A stretch of DNA of 64,000 nucleotides from Diplonema japonicum (lineage: Eukaryota > Protista > Euglenozoa: Diplonemea), in contig OZ025679.1 of the NCBI GenBank assembly GCA_964019335.1, positions 186,001 through 250,000 on the forward strand. Reading direction: 5' to 3'. This document shows, piece by piece, positions 21,811 through 34,600 of the stretch (position 1 is the stretch's first letter; the number at the start of each line of letters is the position of its first letter). A model generated the notes under the pieces. It was not told the DNA's origin, ran no database searches, and worked only from the letters and a program-made list of their open reading frames with translations. A program made the position numbers and the translations under genes.

Positions 21811-22757
21811 AAAAAAAAAAAAAAAAAGAGAAAGAGAAGAAACAATTGGAATTCCCTTTTTTTTTTTTTTCTTTTTTTACAAAACTTTTTTTTTAACTCC
21901 CTCCGAATTGGCCTGGAATGGTATATGCAGCCAATCGGACGGGTTCACGGGGGGGGGGGGGGGGGGGGGGAGTGTACAGGCTATTGGACTTTTTTTTTTT
22001 TGTTCGCTGAAAAGTGTGCGGTTTGATTCCATATTCCCATCGCTCCGTGTACCTGATAATGTTCTTTTAATCTACACGACCGGGAAAAAGGGGAGAAAAA
22101 GTCAGGCGGCACCCTTCTTTTTTTTTCTTCTTTGACTGTCCTTTTCTTCCTCTCTGCCGTACTGTTGTTTTTTTTTTTTTTTTTTTTTTCTTTTTTTTTT
22201 TTCTCTTTTTTTTTTTCCAGTCGGTTGGTTCGTTGATTTGTTAGGTATTTTCACAAAAAAAAGCCCCAAATCGCGCCCGATTGTGCCAAATGGTCCAAAA
22301 AATGGACAAAAAAACGGGGGGGGGGGGGGGGGGGGGGGTCACATGGTCCAAAAAACGTGGTAGGTGCCCAAAAGTAAAAAGTACCGGGCGGAAATCGATT
22401 TTTTGGTCGAGAAAGGGGTGTTTTACATGGTTTAAGCGGCTCCAGTGTACTGCATTTCCGAATTTGAAAAAACCCACTTTACCACCCCCATGTGACGAAA
22501 CGTGTTTCCATGCCAGCATGGCCCTAGGGGGGGGGGGGAGAAAATATATGTTCACAGGCTAATTGTATGAGGGTGTTTTTGGAGTCTTTTTAAAAAAGCG
22601 CTCCTTTTAGAAGCTTACCACTCCAATTTATCTCAACTCTCTTTCCCTTCCCTAAGGAGAAAAAAGAAAGGAATCCCACGAGTGCTCGTTGAACGGCCGA
22701 AGAAAAAAAAAAAAAAAAAGAAAAAAAAAACGAAAAGAAAATAAAATTGTAAAGGAA

Positions 22758-22896
22758 CATACCTTGCAACCTAAAAACTTTTAGCCTACTTTTTAGGATT
22801 TTTTAGGATCCTAGGAAATCCTGGAAAAAAAAAAAAAAAAACGATCTAAAAAGAATCCTAAGATCTTAAAAGAAAACTTTTAGGTTGCAAGGTATG
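22758..22896. mobile_element. 139-bp MITE
   Basis: Perfect 19-bp TIR CATACCTTGCAACCTAAAA / TTTTAGGTTGCAAGGTATG flanked by direct AAGGAA (22752-57, 22897-902). Confidence 0.8.
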
Positions 22897-23209
22897 AAGG
22901 AAAAAAAAAAAGGTAGAGAAAAAAAAAAAGTAAATTTCCCCTCTTCGCCACTCCCCCTACATCCTCCCCTTTAAGTGGTCTTATGACAGACCCTCCCCCC
23001 CCAAAAAAAAAAGAAAAATCTAGTACTTTTGCTTTTTTTTCATTTCGTTCCCTCATGTTTAAAAAAAAAAAGAATAAACGAAGAAAAAAAAAGTCGAGAG
23101 GGGGGAGGGAGAAAAAAAAAAGCAAGGGGAGTGCAGTGAGAAGAAGATTTTTTTTAAAAAAAATTTCCCCCCTGTCCCCCCTCCAAAAAACCCCCCCCCC
23201 CCCCAGGAT

Positions 23210-24991
23210 ATGTCTACCACAATGAAACGAGTCTGTTCGGTTCTGCCATCGGCGACCGAGGTGTTGTGTGTAATAGGGTGTGAGGACATGTTAGTTGGCC
23301 GATCTCATGAGGACAACTACCCGGAATGCATCACAGACAGGCCGATCTTAACGGGCCAGCTGACAAACAAAGAATGGACAAGCGCGAGGGAAATCGACAA
23401 GCAAGTCTCCGAGTTCCTCGCAGAGGGAAAATCACTATACATCTTGGACGAAAAACTCCTGCAAGAACTCCGCCCTGACGTGATCCTAACACAGGACATC
23501 TGCGCTGTCTGCGCCATCGACCTAGACACAGTACGCCGAGTCGCAGCATCTATCTTCCCAAAACCAAAAGTAGTATCGCTCAACCCACAATGTCTGCAAG
23601 ACGTTCTAGAAGACCTGGTTCTTGTCGGCCACGCAGTCGATAGACTAGACAATGCGGAAAAAACACGCGCAGAATTTGAAGCCCGTGTTGCAAAAGCCGT
23701 GTCATATGTCCCACAAGACCAACCCCGCATCAACGTAGCATTTATCGAATGGAGCGATCCGATCTACGTCGGCGGACACTGGACACCGCAAATTATTAAA
23801 ATGGCAGGCGGCCACCATCCTTTAAACCCTTGCGGTGAAGGCGACGATGCTGGGTATGCAAAAACCGGCGGTGCTGGGAAATCTTTCGCGGTGCACAATG
23901 AAAAAGTTGTTGAAAGCGACCCCGACATCATCATCATATGCCCATGTGGGCTCGACATCCCGAAGGCTACCCAGGAAGCGCACAATCTATACGCCAACGA
24001 GTGGTTCCGTGAACTACGTGCTGTCAAAGCCGGCAAGGTTTACATTGTAGATGGCGATGCGATGTTCAACAGGCCGGGTCCTCGTTTAGTTGACGCGCTC
24101 GAATGGCTTGTCAGTTTGCTTCAAGACAAGCCTGAAATCATGCCCGAAAACTTCCCTTACGAGATCTACAATCCAAAGACGTTCAAGCATCCTGCTACGC
24201 TTCCCGACATTGAGGAAATCCACAGAGCAGCATGCGCCGACAACGCCCTTACTTACAAAGACCCTGCCACTGACTACTCCGTCATCACAGAGCTCGGACA
24301 TAAGAAACGCGGGTTTTGCTGCGGGCACCGCTGCCGGCACTGTCCTTACGGTCACTTCAACGTCGATCCTGCTGAAAGATTGAACAAAGTCCAAAAACCG
24401 ACCTATTTAAAGGTAGCCGGTAGCACCAGAAGCCCTGATAAGGGTGTAGACGTGCTGTTCTGGAGCGGTGGGAAGGACAGCTACCTAACCTACCTCACTC
24501 ACAAAACAGACCGGAAAATGGTTCTTTTGACAACTTTTACGGGCAGCACAGGGATGATTCAACACCAAGGGGTGCACCATCATGAGGTCATGGCGCAGGC
24601 GAAGCATTTGAAGGTGGATCTCATCCTCGCGCCTCTCCCAGAGAGCAACACAAATGAAGAATATCTTGAGGTGGTTCGCGATGCGGTCGCTAAGTGCGGC
24701 AGTGAAGATGTCAGATGTTTGTTCGGAGACCTGCACTTGACTGACATTAAGAACTGGCGGGAGAAACATCATGATTTCCCTTGCTTGTTCCCTGTCTTCA
24801 AAATGGCGTATCCCGGACTGCAAGATACGCTTCTTACCCAACCGGGTGTTACTGTTACAATTTCTGCTTCGAGTACCCCGCATGCTGCTGTCGGCACTGC
24901 GTTCACCAAGGATTTCATTGCATCACTCCCCTCCGAAGTTGATTCCATGGGTGAGAACGGTGAATTCCACACGCTTGTAAAATTTTCTTGA
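23210..24991 (+). CDS. Fusion: BtuF/TroA-like cobalamin/Fe-chelate binding domain + DUF5522-like Cys/His module + Dph6/DUF71-like PP-loop ATPase
   Basis: RVCSVLPSATEV, PDVILTQDICAVCA, EWSDP..GGHW, FNRPGPRLVD; YKDPATDY..TEL..KKRGFCCGHRCRHCPYGH; WSGGKDS, FGDLHL.DI..WRE, GENGEFHT. Intronless, no signal peptide. Confidence 0.85.
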   Translation: MSTTMKRVCSVLPSATEVLCVIGCEDMLVGRSHEDNYPECITDRPILTGQLTNKEWTSAREIDKQVSEFLAEGKSLYILDEKLLQELRPDVILTQDICAVCAIDLDTVRRVAASIFPKPKVVSLNPQCLQDVLEDLVLVGHAVDRLDNAEKTRAEFEARVAKAVSYVPQDQPRINVAFIEWSDPIYVGGHWTPQIIKMAGGHHPLNPCGEGDDAGYAKTGGAGKSFAVHNEKVVESDPDIIIICPCGLDIPKATQEAHNLYANEWFRELRAVKAGKVYIVDGDAMFNRPGPRLVDALEWLVSLLQDKPEIMPENFPYEIYNPKTFKHPATLPDIEEIHRAACADNALTYKDPATDYSVITELGHKKRGFCCGHRCRHCPYGHFNVDPAERLNKVQKPTYLKVAGSTRSPDKGVDVLFWSGGKDSYLTYLTHKTDRKMVLLTTFTGSTGMIQHQGVHHHEVMAQAKHLKVDLILAPLPESNTNEEYLEVVRDAVAKCGSEDVRCLFGDLHLTDIKNWREKHHDFPCLFPVFKMAYPGLQDTLLTQPGVTVTISASSTPHAAVGTAFTKDFIASLPSEVDSMGENGEFHTLVKFS

Positions 24992-25409
24992 GATTTTTTT
25001 TTTTTTTTTTTTTGATTTTTCACTCCTTGTTTCTCCCCCCACTTTTCATTGTGCCTCCTCTTACACACATTTGAAGTGTATAGCAGTGTCTTTATTTCTC
25101 TCTTTTCTCATTTTTTTTTCCCCCTTTTCATATTTGAGAGAAAGAGGCCTTTGACGGGAAGGGTGCGTGGGGAAAAAAGGATTTCTATACTTTCTTGAGT
25201 TGTCATGAAACCCTTTTTTATTTGATTTTTTTTTTGTTTCTGCTTTTTTCACTTTTTTTCTTTCCCTTCTATTCTAATAAAGTAATATCCAACCCCTTCT
25301 CTTTAAGTAAGGTATCAGAATTGAAACTGCCCTGTCACAGCTTTCGGACACGTGCTTTCCATCGGAAATTTGTTAACAGACGATTCCAACACCACCTTAT
25401 CTTATTGCA

Positions 25410-25447
<38 letters not shown>

Positions 25448-25630
25448 CATTTTTTATTTTCTCCTTTTCTTAACAAAATGGCATAGCGTCCTTTCATCGT
25501 TTCCAACCCCTCCATCCCCCTCCACCTTCGGGTTCATTCTCCCAAAAAGATTTTAGTTGCCCCGCCACAAGGTATCCACCGAAACAGGACCCTCCCTTTG
25601 CCTCGCCCTGCCCATTCTATATGACAAAAC

Positions 25631-28600
25631 ATGTCTGAAGTGTCATGGCCAACGGACAAGGCCATTGGTTTGGACTACTGCTGCGAAGAATTATTGGGAG
25701 ACAGCAGTGTGTTTAAAAGTTTGGCCCAGAGGGTGGAAGTAGTCGAGGAACAAGTAAGAGGTCATGGAAAAGGGATCTTACAGGGGTCGTGGGATGCCAA
25801 GTCTGAAGTTGATAGAGCAGCTGATGTTCTAAAGGGTGTGAAGGAAAGCCTGTTCGCCTCTAACAGTGTTCTTGACGAAGTCAAAGGACTGCTGGCCACA
25901 AGGAAAGAACTTCTTGATGAGATTGAAGCCAACAGAGAAGCGCACGACATGTGGACGGCCCAGCTTCAATCTAAAGAGGAGCTCACCACTCTCCTATCCA
26001 ACGAGATCAACCAGTTACAAGAGCGGAACATCCTCTTCCATCACAGCATTTGCCACACACAGCGGAAGCACGGCCTTGCCGAGCAGCGTGTCAACACCCT
26101 CAACTCAACGCTAGACACCACCAAAGCCGCCGTATCCGAACCCACTTCCTCCATCAAGATGAAGGCGCTCGAAGACAGAAACGTGGAGCTTAGAAACCTA
26201 GTCAGCAAGCAAAAGGCGCGGATTGAGGTTTTGGACGAGGAGAACGCTGCATACTGCGTGCAGGTCACGACCCTTCAGGAGCAGCTTGTTGATGCTGTTG
26301 CCGCGGAAACATCTCTCCGCGACGACCTCGAGAACGGAACGCACCACATGGACTCCCTGAGGAGCGCCCTCAAGGACCGCATGAAGCAGCTCCAGGCTGA
26401 CCTCGAAGCGTCCCAGCAAGAAGCGACCGATCTCCACAGCCAGCTGCGCACCAAGCAATGCCCGCGTGCTGCATTCGATACACTTTCCCGCGAACACGAT
26501 ACCATGCAGATGCAAATCGAGACGCTGCAAGAGCAGCTCGTCGATTCTGTCGCGCTAAGCGCCGCTTTGCAGGACAAGCTGGACGACATCGAAGACCCCA
26601 CAACGCAGGCCGCCATCCAAAAAGTGTCCGCCTTGGGACAGGCCGTTCAAAACGAGCTTGCCGTCATCAAAAAGCAGGTAAGGGTAACCAACGAGAGAAA
26701 TGCAGAACTCAAGCGACAGCTCGTCACACGCGACGCCGGCCTGCTCGAAGCGGAGAACATGCAAGTCAAAGAGATTTACAAAAGCCAAGCTGAGCAGCTG
26801 ACAAAGGTGGCTGACGACCGAGAACGGATGCAGATGCAGATTACCATTATGCAGGACCAGCTTATCGAGCAGGTGGCGCTGAGCAGCGTGTTGCGTGCTG
26901 ACCTGGAAAGCACGCGGGATTCCTCTGTCCATAGGTCGCAAATGCGTCAGGTGGAAAACCTTAAGCTGACGCTAGATAACGAGCTTCAGGGCTTGAAAGG
27001 AGAGCTGCAGCGGACGGAACGAGAAAAGAAAGAACTACAGCTGGAGATTGACGAGCTGCGGCAGCACGGCACCACAGCATGCGTTGAGACAGAAGTAAAT
27101 GTGCTGATGGAGCACATGGCGCAGGTGGACAGGCAACTGCAGTCTACCAGTGATGACAGGGCAACCATGCAGATGCAAATCGAGACCCTCCAGGAGCAGC
27201 TGATCGACTCTGTCGCACTGAACAGTGTTCTACAGGACAAACTAGATGACATTGACGATCCCACCACACAGGCTGCCATCCAGAAAGTGTCTGCTCTTGG
27301 ACAGTCTGTCAAAGATGAGCTCTTCTCTACAACGAAGCGGTTGCACGACGCCTTGCTGCGGGTCGGTGAGCTCGAATCCATGCACGGAACGAAGCATGTT
27401 TCTGTGGGCGACTCCGAAGTAGGCAACTTGAAGCGCCTGTACCGAGGGCAGCTGGGCCAGCTGGCAGAGTTGAACAAAGAGAGGGACACAATGCAGATGC
27501 AGATAGACACACTGCAGCAGCAGTTAGTGGACGCTGTGGTGGGGCTACAAGAGGGTGCTGACAAGGACGAAGTGTCTAGCGCAAGAGGTGCACTGCAGGC
27601 ACAACTTGACAACCTGAAGCGGGATTTGCAAGCAGAGTATAAGAAGTGCGCAGACCTGGAGGCCACGGTAAGCATGCTACGCAGAGCAAAGCCAACCGTC
27701 AGCGAGCCAGAAGCTTATCGTACGTTGCAAATGCAAGTTGACATCCTCCAAGAGCAGCTTGTAGACTCTGTGGCAGCGAACGAGACCTTGCAGACAGAGC
27801 TCGAGGAGGCGAGCAGCCAACGGAGACAGTACAGCACCGTTCCTATTGCCGACACGCACTTGAAACTGGAGGTAGCAGATCTTAGAAAGGAGAATTCTAC
27901 ATTGCAAGTGCAGCTTGAAGTTCTGCAGGAACAGCTGGTCGACACTGTGGCGCAAAACACAACCTTACAAGACGACCTCGAGGCAGCTTCTATGCTTACT
28001 GTTCCCACAGCCGACCTACGCAAGGCCATACAAGGCAAAGACACCCTCCGAACGGACCTTTCACGGCTTCAGATGGACTACAGCACATCCGTCCAGCAGT
28101 GCAGAGACTTGTCGAACGAACTGCGAGAGAATAGCACTTCAAGGATGGACCCGAATGAGCACGTGAAGCCTCACGATGGTGAGACTGTGCAGGCTGTGAC
28201 CGACAATGAGGAGAAAATGCGTTCGATGGAACAAGATCTTGCCATCACCTCCATGAGAAAGAAAGATCTGGAGACTCAAGTGGCTGTTATGAGGCAACAA
28301 GAAGCAAAGGGTGAAAGACAAACACGTGTGGAGGCAGAACTGGAAGACACGGTAGCCATGTGTGACACGCTGCACAGCCAAGTGCGTGCCCTGCGAGATG
28401 AACTGCACAAGTCTGCTGGAGAAATCGAAGACAAAGATCGCGAGATCCAGACGCACATCGAGGCTTATATGTCCCTCAAAGCAGAGCAGGAACTCGCGAT
28501 AGCGGCCAACAAAGCACAGGTCGTTGCAGACATGGAGGTGATCATGAATGACAGCGAGGCGTTCTACAACGAGAAGTCCGTGAGTTCAACCAAAACTGCT

Positions 28601-31600
28601 GCTGAGGTAGAAACGCGTCTCGTAAACGAGGTAAAGCAGCTGAAGGCTGAGCTCGAATCCCGTCCGTGCACCGCACCCGCTTCTTTCGACGGTGTCGATG
28701 TCGCGCAGCTCATGGAGGACCACAAGTTCCTTGATATGAAGTTCAGGAATGCTACCGCCATTGCTGACACGAACAGGCAAACAGTGATGGAGCTCCTTGA
28801 CAAGATTAACACCTATGAAGTGTCTCTTGCTTCGTCTGAGGCAAAGGGCAAGAGTCTTGAGGAAGAAATCACAAAACTCAACTTCCAGCTTGTCGAGGTT
28901 TCGTCCTCTACGCAGCTTAAGATAATGGAACTTGAATCACAGTTGCAGAACATCTCTTTCCTGTCTTCTCCCACTCCTTCACCACTCCGTGTTGCGCATG
29001 CTTCTAATGGATGTCAAACTTCGCCCGTCGATTCACTACACATAGCTCTTCCTCCATTTGTGTCACCTAATAACATTGAACTTGAGTCTCTTAAGGTTAA
29101 AGTGGCAGAGCTTACCACCTCGCGATCTGAGATCATGAAGCAGCTAGCTGCAGAAGTGTCATCTCATAAAGACTTTAATGTTGCCGATACTTCTAATTAT
29201 AAACAGCAACTACGTTTGCTTGAGAAGAAGCTTACAGCTCCTAGTCCACCGAAGTCACAGTCTACTTCAATACTCGAATTTGAAATCGAGCAACAACGAG
29301 CTGTTATAAAACAGCTCACTCTCAACCTCAAAAGCTATACTGTCCCTAAATTCACTATGTCTGCTTCATGTCAAACACAATTTTATTCACACCCGTCCAC
29401 TTCCTCGTCTGGGCGTCTTGAACTTCCTCATCTTGACATTCGCGGTTTTAAACAGGAGCAGCTCTCATCTGAGCTCTCTGCAAAACTTGCGGAATTGGAG
29501 ACCCTGAAGGCTGTTGGGGAGCAGAGTCGGGCCGTTCTTGCGGAGAGGGACCGGGAGCTGGCGCAGGTGTCTTCGGAGCTCTCTGCAAACCGTGCGGAAC
29601 TGGAGAAGCTGAGGGATGCCCTGGGGGAGGCAGGAAAAGCGACGAAGGCAGCGCAGGAAAAAGCGGCGGCCGCCACCGCAGCGGCGGAGCAGGCCACGGC
29701 CGCAGCAACAACAGCACCAGCACCAGCACCAACAAGCCCGGCAAGCGAAAGGGTTGCAGAATTGGAGGCGCAGCTGGCTCGAAGCGCGGCACGCCTGCAG
29801 GACCTGGACGCCGAGCACAAGGCAAGGGACGCAGAAAGCAGAGGGAAGCTGGAGGACCTGCGGAAGCAGCTCGCGGAGAAAGAAGCGGACGGGCGTGCCG
29901 GGGCAGCCGCCCTGCAAGAGGCGCAACTCGCGCTCCGGACCTTGGAGGGGTCCTTGGAAGGTGCACGGGCGGAGGCAACAAACCAAAGGGACGTTTTTGC
30001 TGCAGCGAAGAAGGAGCTTGCGGAAGCGGGTGCGGGTCGCGAGGAGGCAGCCCGCGAACTCGCACGATTGCAGGCCGTGGTCGCCTCCCTGAGCGAGGCA
30101 GCCGAGGCAGCAAGCGCCGCGCGCGCAGAGGCGGAGGCCCGTACCGCTGACGAAACAGCCAGGACCGCAGCCCAACTGGAGGAGGCGAGGGCCGCGAGCC
30201 GGGAGGCACAAACAACCCTTGCCGCAGCGAGATCCGAGCTCACCGCGCAAGCAGCGGAGCTGGAGGCTCAGAGGGGGCAGCGGGCGGAACAAGGGGCACG
30301 CCTCGCACAGGCGGAGCGTGAGAAGGCATCCGCAGAGGCCTCTCTGCAACAGGCCACCACCGAGCTGCAGCTTGCAAGATCCGAGACGCAAAGGGCGCAG
30401 CGGGAGGCCGACCTTCGCGGAGGCGACGCCGAGAAGCTGTCGCTGGTCTCGGGAGAGCTCACGCGACGCGGGGAGGCGCTCTCCGCTTTGGAGGCGAAGC
30501 TCTCGGGAGCGCTGCGGGCGAAGGAGTCTGCGGAGGAGGAGCTGGCCACGGAGGCCGGCTTGAGGAAGACCGCCGAGGTATGCGACGACAAAGATAAAAA
30601 GATAAGTAGCCATTTATTGAATGAAAACAAGATAGCTTTATATTTTTCACGCGTGGTGCGAGGGTTTTTTAACGGGCATTTGGATCTTTTACACTTTCCC
30701 TCGCGAGAGGTGTAGTTTAGTGTAGTTCAGTGTAGTGTAGTAATCACGTTGTCGGAGTTAAAAACCCGCCGCCACCACAAAAGTGAAGTAAAGCTCTTGT
30801 TTTCATTTGATATTTTGGTTTAGAAAAAGATGAAAATAAAAAAAAAAAAAAAAAAAAATAAAAAATAAAAAATAAAACAGGCGAAGACAACGGATCTCGC
30901 TGCCCGTGCCGTGAAGGCGGAAGAGGAGCTCGCGTCGACGAGGGAGCACCTCGTTGCGGCAAGCCAGGAGACGGAGGCCGCCAAAGGGGAGACAGTGGCG
31001 GCACGCCAGTCCGCACGGGAGGCGGCTGCCGCTGCCGAGGCGGAGGCCTCTCGAAAGCTTGCAGAAGGGCAAGAGGCCGCGGGGGCGAAGCTGAAGCAAC
31101 AGCAGGAGGCCCTGTTGGACGAGCTGGCGAGGCAGAGGGACGAGCTGGAGCGAAGCGCCCAAGAGCACCGCGAGAAGGAGAAGGAGAGGGAGGAGAGGGA
31201 GAAGGAGGCGGGCCAGCCAGAGAGGGACGAGCTGGGCGCAGAGGCAGAGACGCTGCGGGCGGAACTGGCCGCAGCCTCCGCAGACCGCCAATGCCTGCAG
31301 GCGAGGATCACGGTCCTCACCGACGAGCTGGAGAGGGCATACACCGCCGAGGCGGAGAAGCAAGGCAAGGGCTTCGACGAGGCCGCAGCCCTAAAGGTGT
31401 GTGGAAAGGAAAAAGGAAAAAAAAAAAAAAAGAAACCAAAAAAAACAAAACACAGGTGGAGCTCAGCAAGGCGCGAACCGAGGCAGAAGCGGAAAGCAGG
31501 CGAATGCGGGGGGAGCTTCAGACAACACAGACCGACCTCGCGGCCGCGAACGCGGACCTGAAGGCGAGGGAGGTGGTGCACGCCGAGAAGCAGGCCGCGC

Positions 31601-34600
31601 TGGAGGCCGAACGACAGGCCTCGGAAGCTGTGCAGGGCGAGCTGGGATCGGCGCGAACGCAGCTTGCAGCTGCGACGGCTGTTGGGGAGCAGAGTCGGGC
31701 CGTTCTTGCGGAGAGGGACCGGGAGCTGGCGCAGGTGTCTTCGGAGCTCTCTGCAAACCGTGCGGAACTGGAGAAGCTGAGGGATGCCCTGGGGGAGGCA
31801 GGAAAAGCGACGAAGGCAGCGCAGGAAAAAGCGGCGGCCGCCACCGCAGCGGCGGAGCAGGCCACGGCCGCAGCAACAACAGCACCAGCACCAGCACCAA
31901 CAAGCCCGGCAAGCGAAAGGGTTGCAGAATTGGAGGCGCAGCTGGCTCGAAGCGCGGCACGCCTGCAGGACCTGGACGCCGAGCACAAGGCAAGGGACGC
32001 AGAAAGCAGAGGGAAGCTGGAGGACCTGCGGAAGCAGCTCGCGGAGAAAGAAGCGGACGGGCGTGCCGGGGCAGCCGCCCTGCAAGAGGCGCAACTCGCG
32101 CTCCGGACCTTGGAGGGGTCCTTGGAAGGTGCACGGGCGGAGGCAACAAACCAAAGGGACGTTTTTGCTGCAGCGAAGAAGGAGCTTGCGGAAGCGGGTG
32201 CGGGTCGCGAGGAGGCAGCCCGCGAACTCGCACGATTGCAGGCCGTGGTCGCCTCCCTGAGCGAGGCAGCCGAGGCAGCAAGCGCCGCGCGCGCAGAGGC
32301 GGAGGCCCGTACCGCTGACGAAACAGCCAGGACCGCAGCCCAACTGGAGGAGGCGAGGGCCGCGAGCCGGGAGGCACAAACAACCCTTGCCGCAGCGAGA
32401 TCCGAGCTCACCGCGCAAGCAGCGGAGCTGGAGGCTCAGAGGGGGCAGCGGGCGGAACAAGGGGCACGCCTCGCACAGGCGGAGCGTGAGAAGGCATCCG
32501 CAGAGGCCTCTCTGCAACAGGCCACCACCGAGCTGCAGCTTGCAAGATCCGAGACGCAAAGGGCGCAGCGGGAGGCCGACCTTCGCGGAGGCGACGCCGA
32601 GAAGCTGTCGCTGGTCTCGGGAGAGCTCACGCGACGCGGGGAGGCGCTCTCCGCTTTGGAGGCGAAGCTCTCGGGAGCGCTGCGGGCGAAGGAGTCTGCG
32701 GAGGAGGAGCTGGCCACGGAGGCCGGCTTGAGGAAGACCGCCGAGGTATGCGACGACAAAGATAAAAAGATAAGTAGCCATTTATTGAATGAAAACAAGA
32801 TAGCTTTATATTTTTCACGCGTGGTGCGAGGGTTTTTTAACGGGCATTTGGATCTTTTACACTTTCCCTCGCGAGAGGTGTAGTTTAGTGTAGTTCAGTG
32901 TAGTGTAGTAATCACGTTGTCGGAGTTAAAAACCCGCCGCCACCACAAAAGTGAAGTAAAGCTCTTGTTTTCATTTGATATTTTGGTTTAGAAAAAGATG
33001 AAAATAAAAAAAAAAAAAAAAAAAAATAAAAAATAAAAAATAAAACAGGCGAAGACAACGGATCTCGCTGCCCGTGCCGTGAAGGCGGAAGAGGAGCTCG
33101 CGTCGACGAGGGAGCACCTCGTTGCGGCAAGCCAGGAGACGGAGGCCGCCAAAGGGGAGACAGTGGCGGCACGCCAGTCCGCACGGGAGGCGGCTGCCGC
33201 TGCCGAGGCGGAGGCCTCTCGAAAGCTTGCAGAAGGGCAAGAGGCCGCGGGGGCGAAGCTGAAGCAACAGCAGGAGGCCCTGTTGGACGAGCTGGCGAGG
33301 CAGAGGGACGAGCTGGAGCGAAGCGCCCAAGAGCACCGCGAGAAGGAGAAGGAGAGGGAGGAGAGGGAGAAGGAGGCGGGCCAGCCAGAGAGGGACGAGC
33401 TGGGCGCAGAGGCAGAGACGCTGCGGGCGGAACTGGCCGCAGCCTCCGCAGACCGCCAATGCCTGCAGGCGAGGATCACGGTCCTCACCGACGAGCTGGA
33501 GAGGGCATACACCGCCGAGGCGGAGAAGCAAGGCAAGGGCTTCGACGAGGCCGCAGCCCTAAAGGTGTGTGGAAAGGAAAAAGGAAAAAAAAAAAAAAAG
33601 AAACCAAAAAAAACAAAACACAGGTGGAGCTCAGCAAGGCGCGAACCGAGGCAGAAGCGGAAAGCAGGCGAATGCGGGGGGAGCTTCAGACAACACAGAC
33701 CGACCTCGCGGCCGCGAACGCGGACCTGAAGGCGAGGGAGGTGGTGCACGCCGAGAAGCAGGCCGCGCTGGAGGCCGAACGACAGGCCTCGGAAGCTGTG
33801 CAGGGCGAGCTGGGATCGGCGCGAACGCAGCTTGCAGCTGCGACGGCTGTTGGGGAGCAGAGTCGGGCCGTTCTTGCGGAGAGGGACCGGGAGCTGGCGC
33901 AGGTGTCTTCGGAGCTCTCTGCAAACCGTGCGGAACTGGAGAAGCTGAGGGATGCCCTGGGGGAGGCAGGAAAAGCGACGAAGGCAGCGCAGGAAAAAGC
34001 GGCGGCCGCCACCGCAGCGGCGGAGCAGGCCACGGCCGCAGCAACAACAGCACCAGCACCAGCACCAACAAGCCCGGCAAGCGAAAGGGTTGCAGAATTG
34101 GAGGCGCAGCTGGCTCGAAGCGCGGCACGCCTGCAGGACCTGGACGCCGAGCACAAGGCAAGGGACGCAGAAAGCAGAGGGAAGCTGGAGGACCTGCGGA
34201 AGCAGCTCGCGGAGAAAGAAGCGGACGGGCGTGCCGGGGCAGCCGCCCTGCAAGAGGCGCAACTCGCGCTCCGGACCTTGGAGGGGTCCTTGGAAGGTGC
34301 ACGGGCGGAGGCAACAAACCAAAGGGACGTTTTTGCTGCAGCGAAGAAGGAGCTTGCGGAAGCGGGTGCGGGTCGCGAGGAGGCAGCCCGCGAACTCGCA
34401 CGATTGCAGGCCGTGGTCGCCTCCCTGAGCGAGGCAGCCGAGGCAGCAAGCGCCGCGCGCGCAGAGGCGGAGGCCCGTACCGCTGACGAAACAGCCAGGA
34501 CCGCAGCCCAACTGGAGGAGGCGAGGGCCGCGAGCCGGGAGGCACAAACAACCCTTGCCGCAGCGAGATCCGAGCTCACCGCGCAAGCAGCGGAGCTGGA

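Noticed and set aside
30709-30741. GTGTAG/TTTAG short repeats in the long intron as telomeric or CRISPR-like repeats
   Set aside because: It is a short degenerate microsatellite, not TTAGGG and with no spacers. No CRISPR array or cas gene is present in the window.
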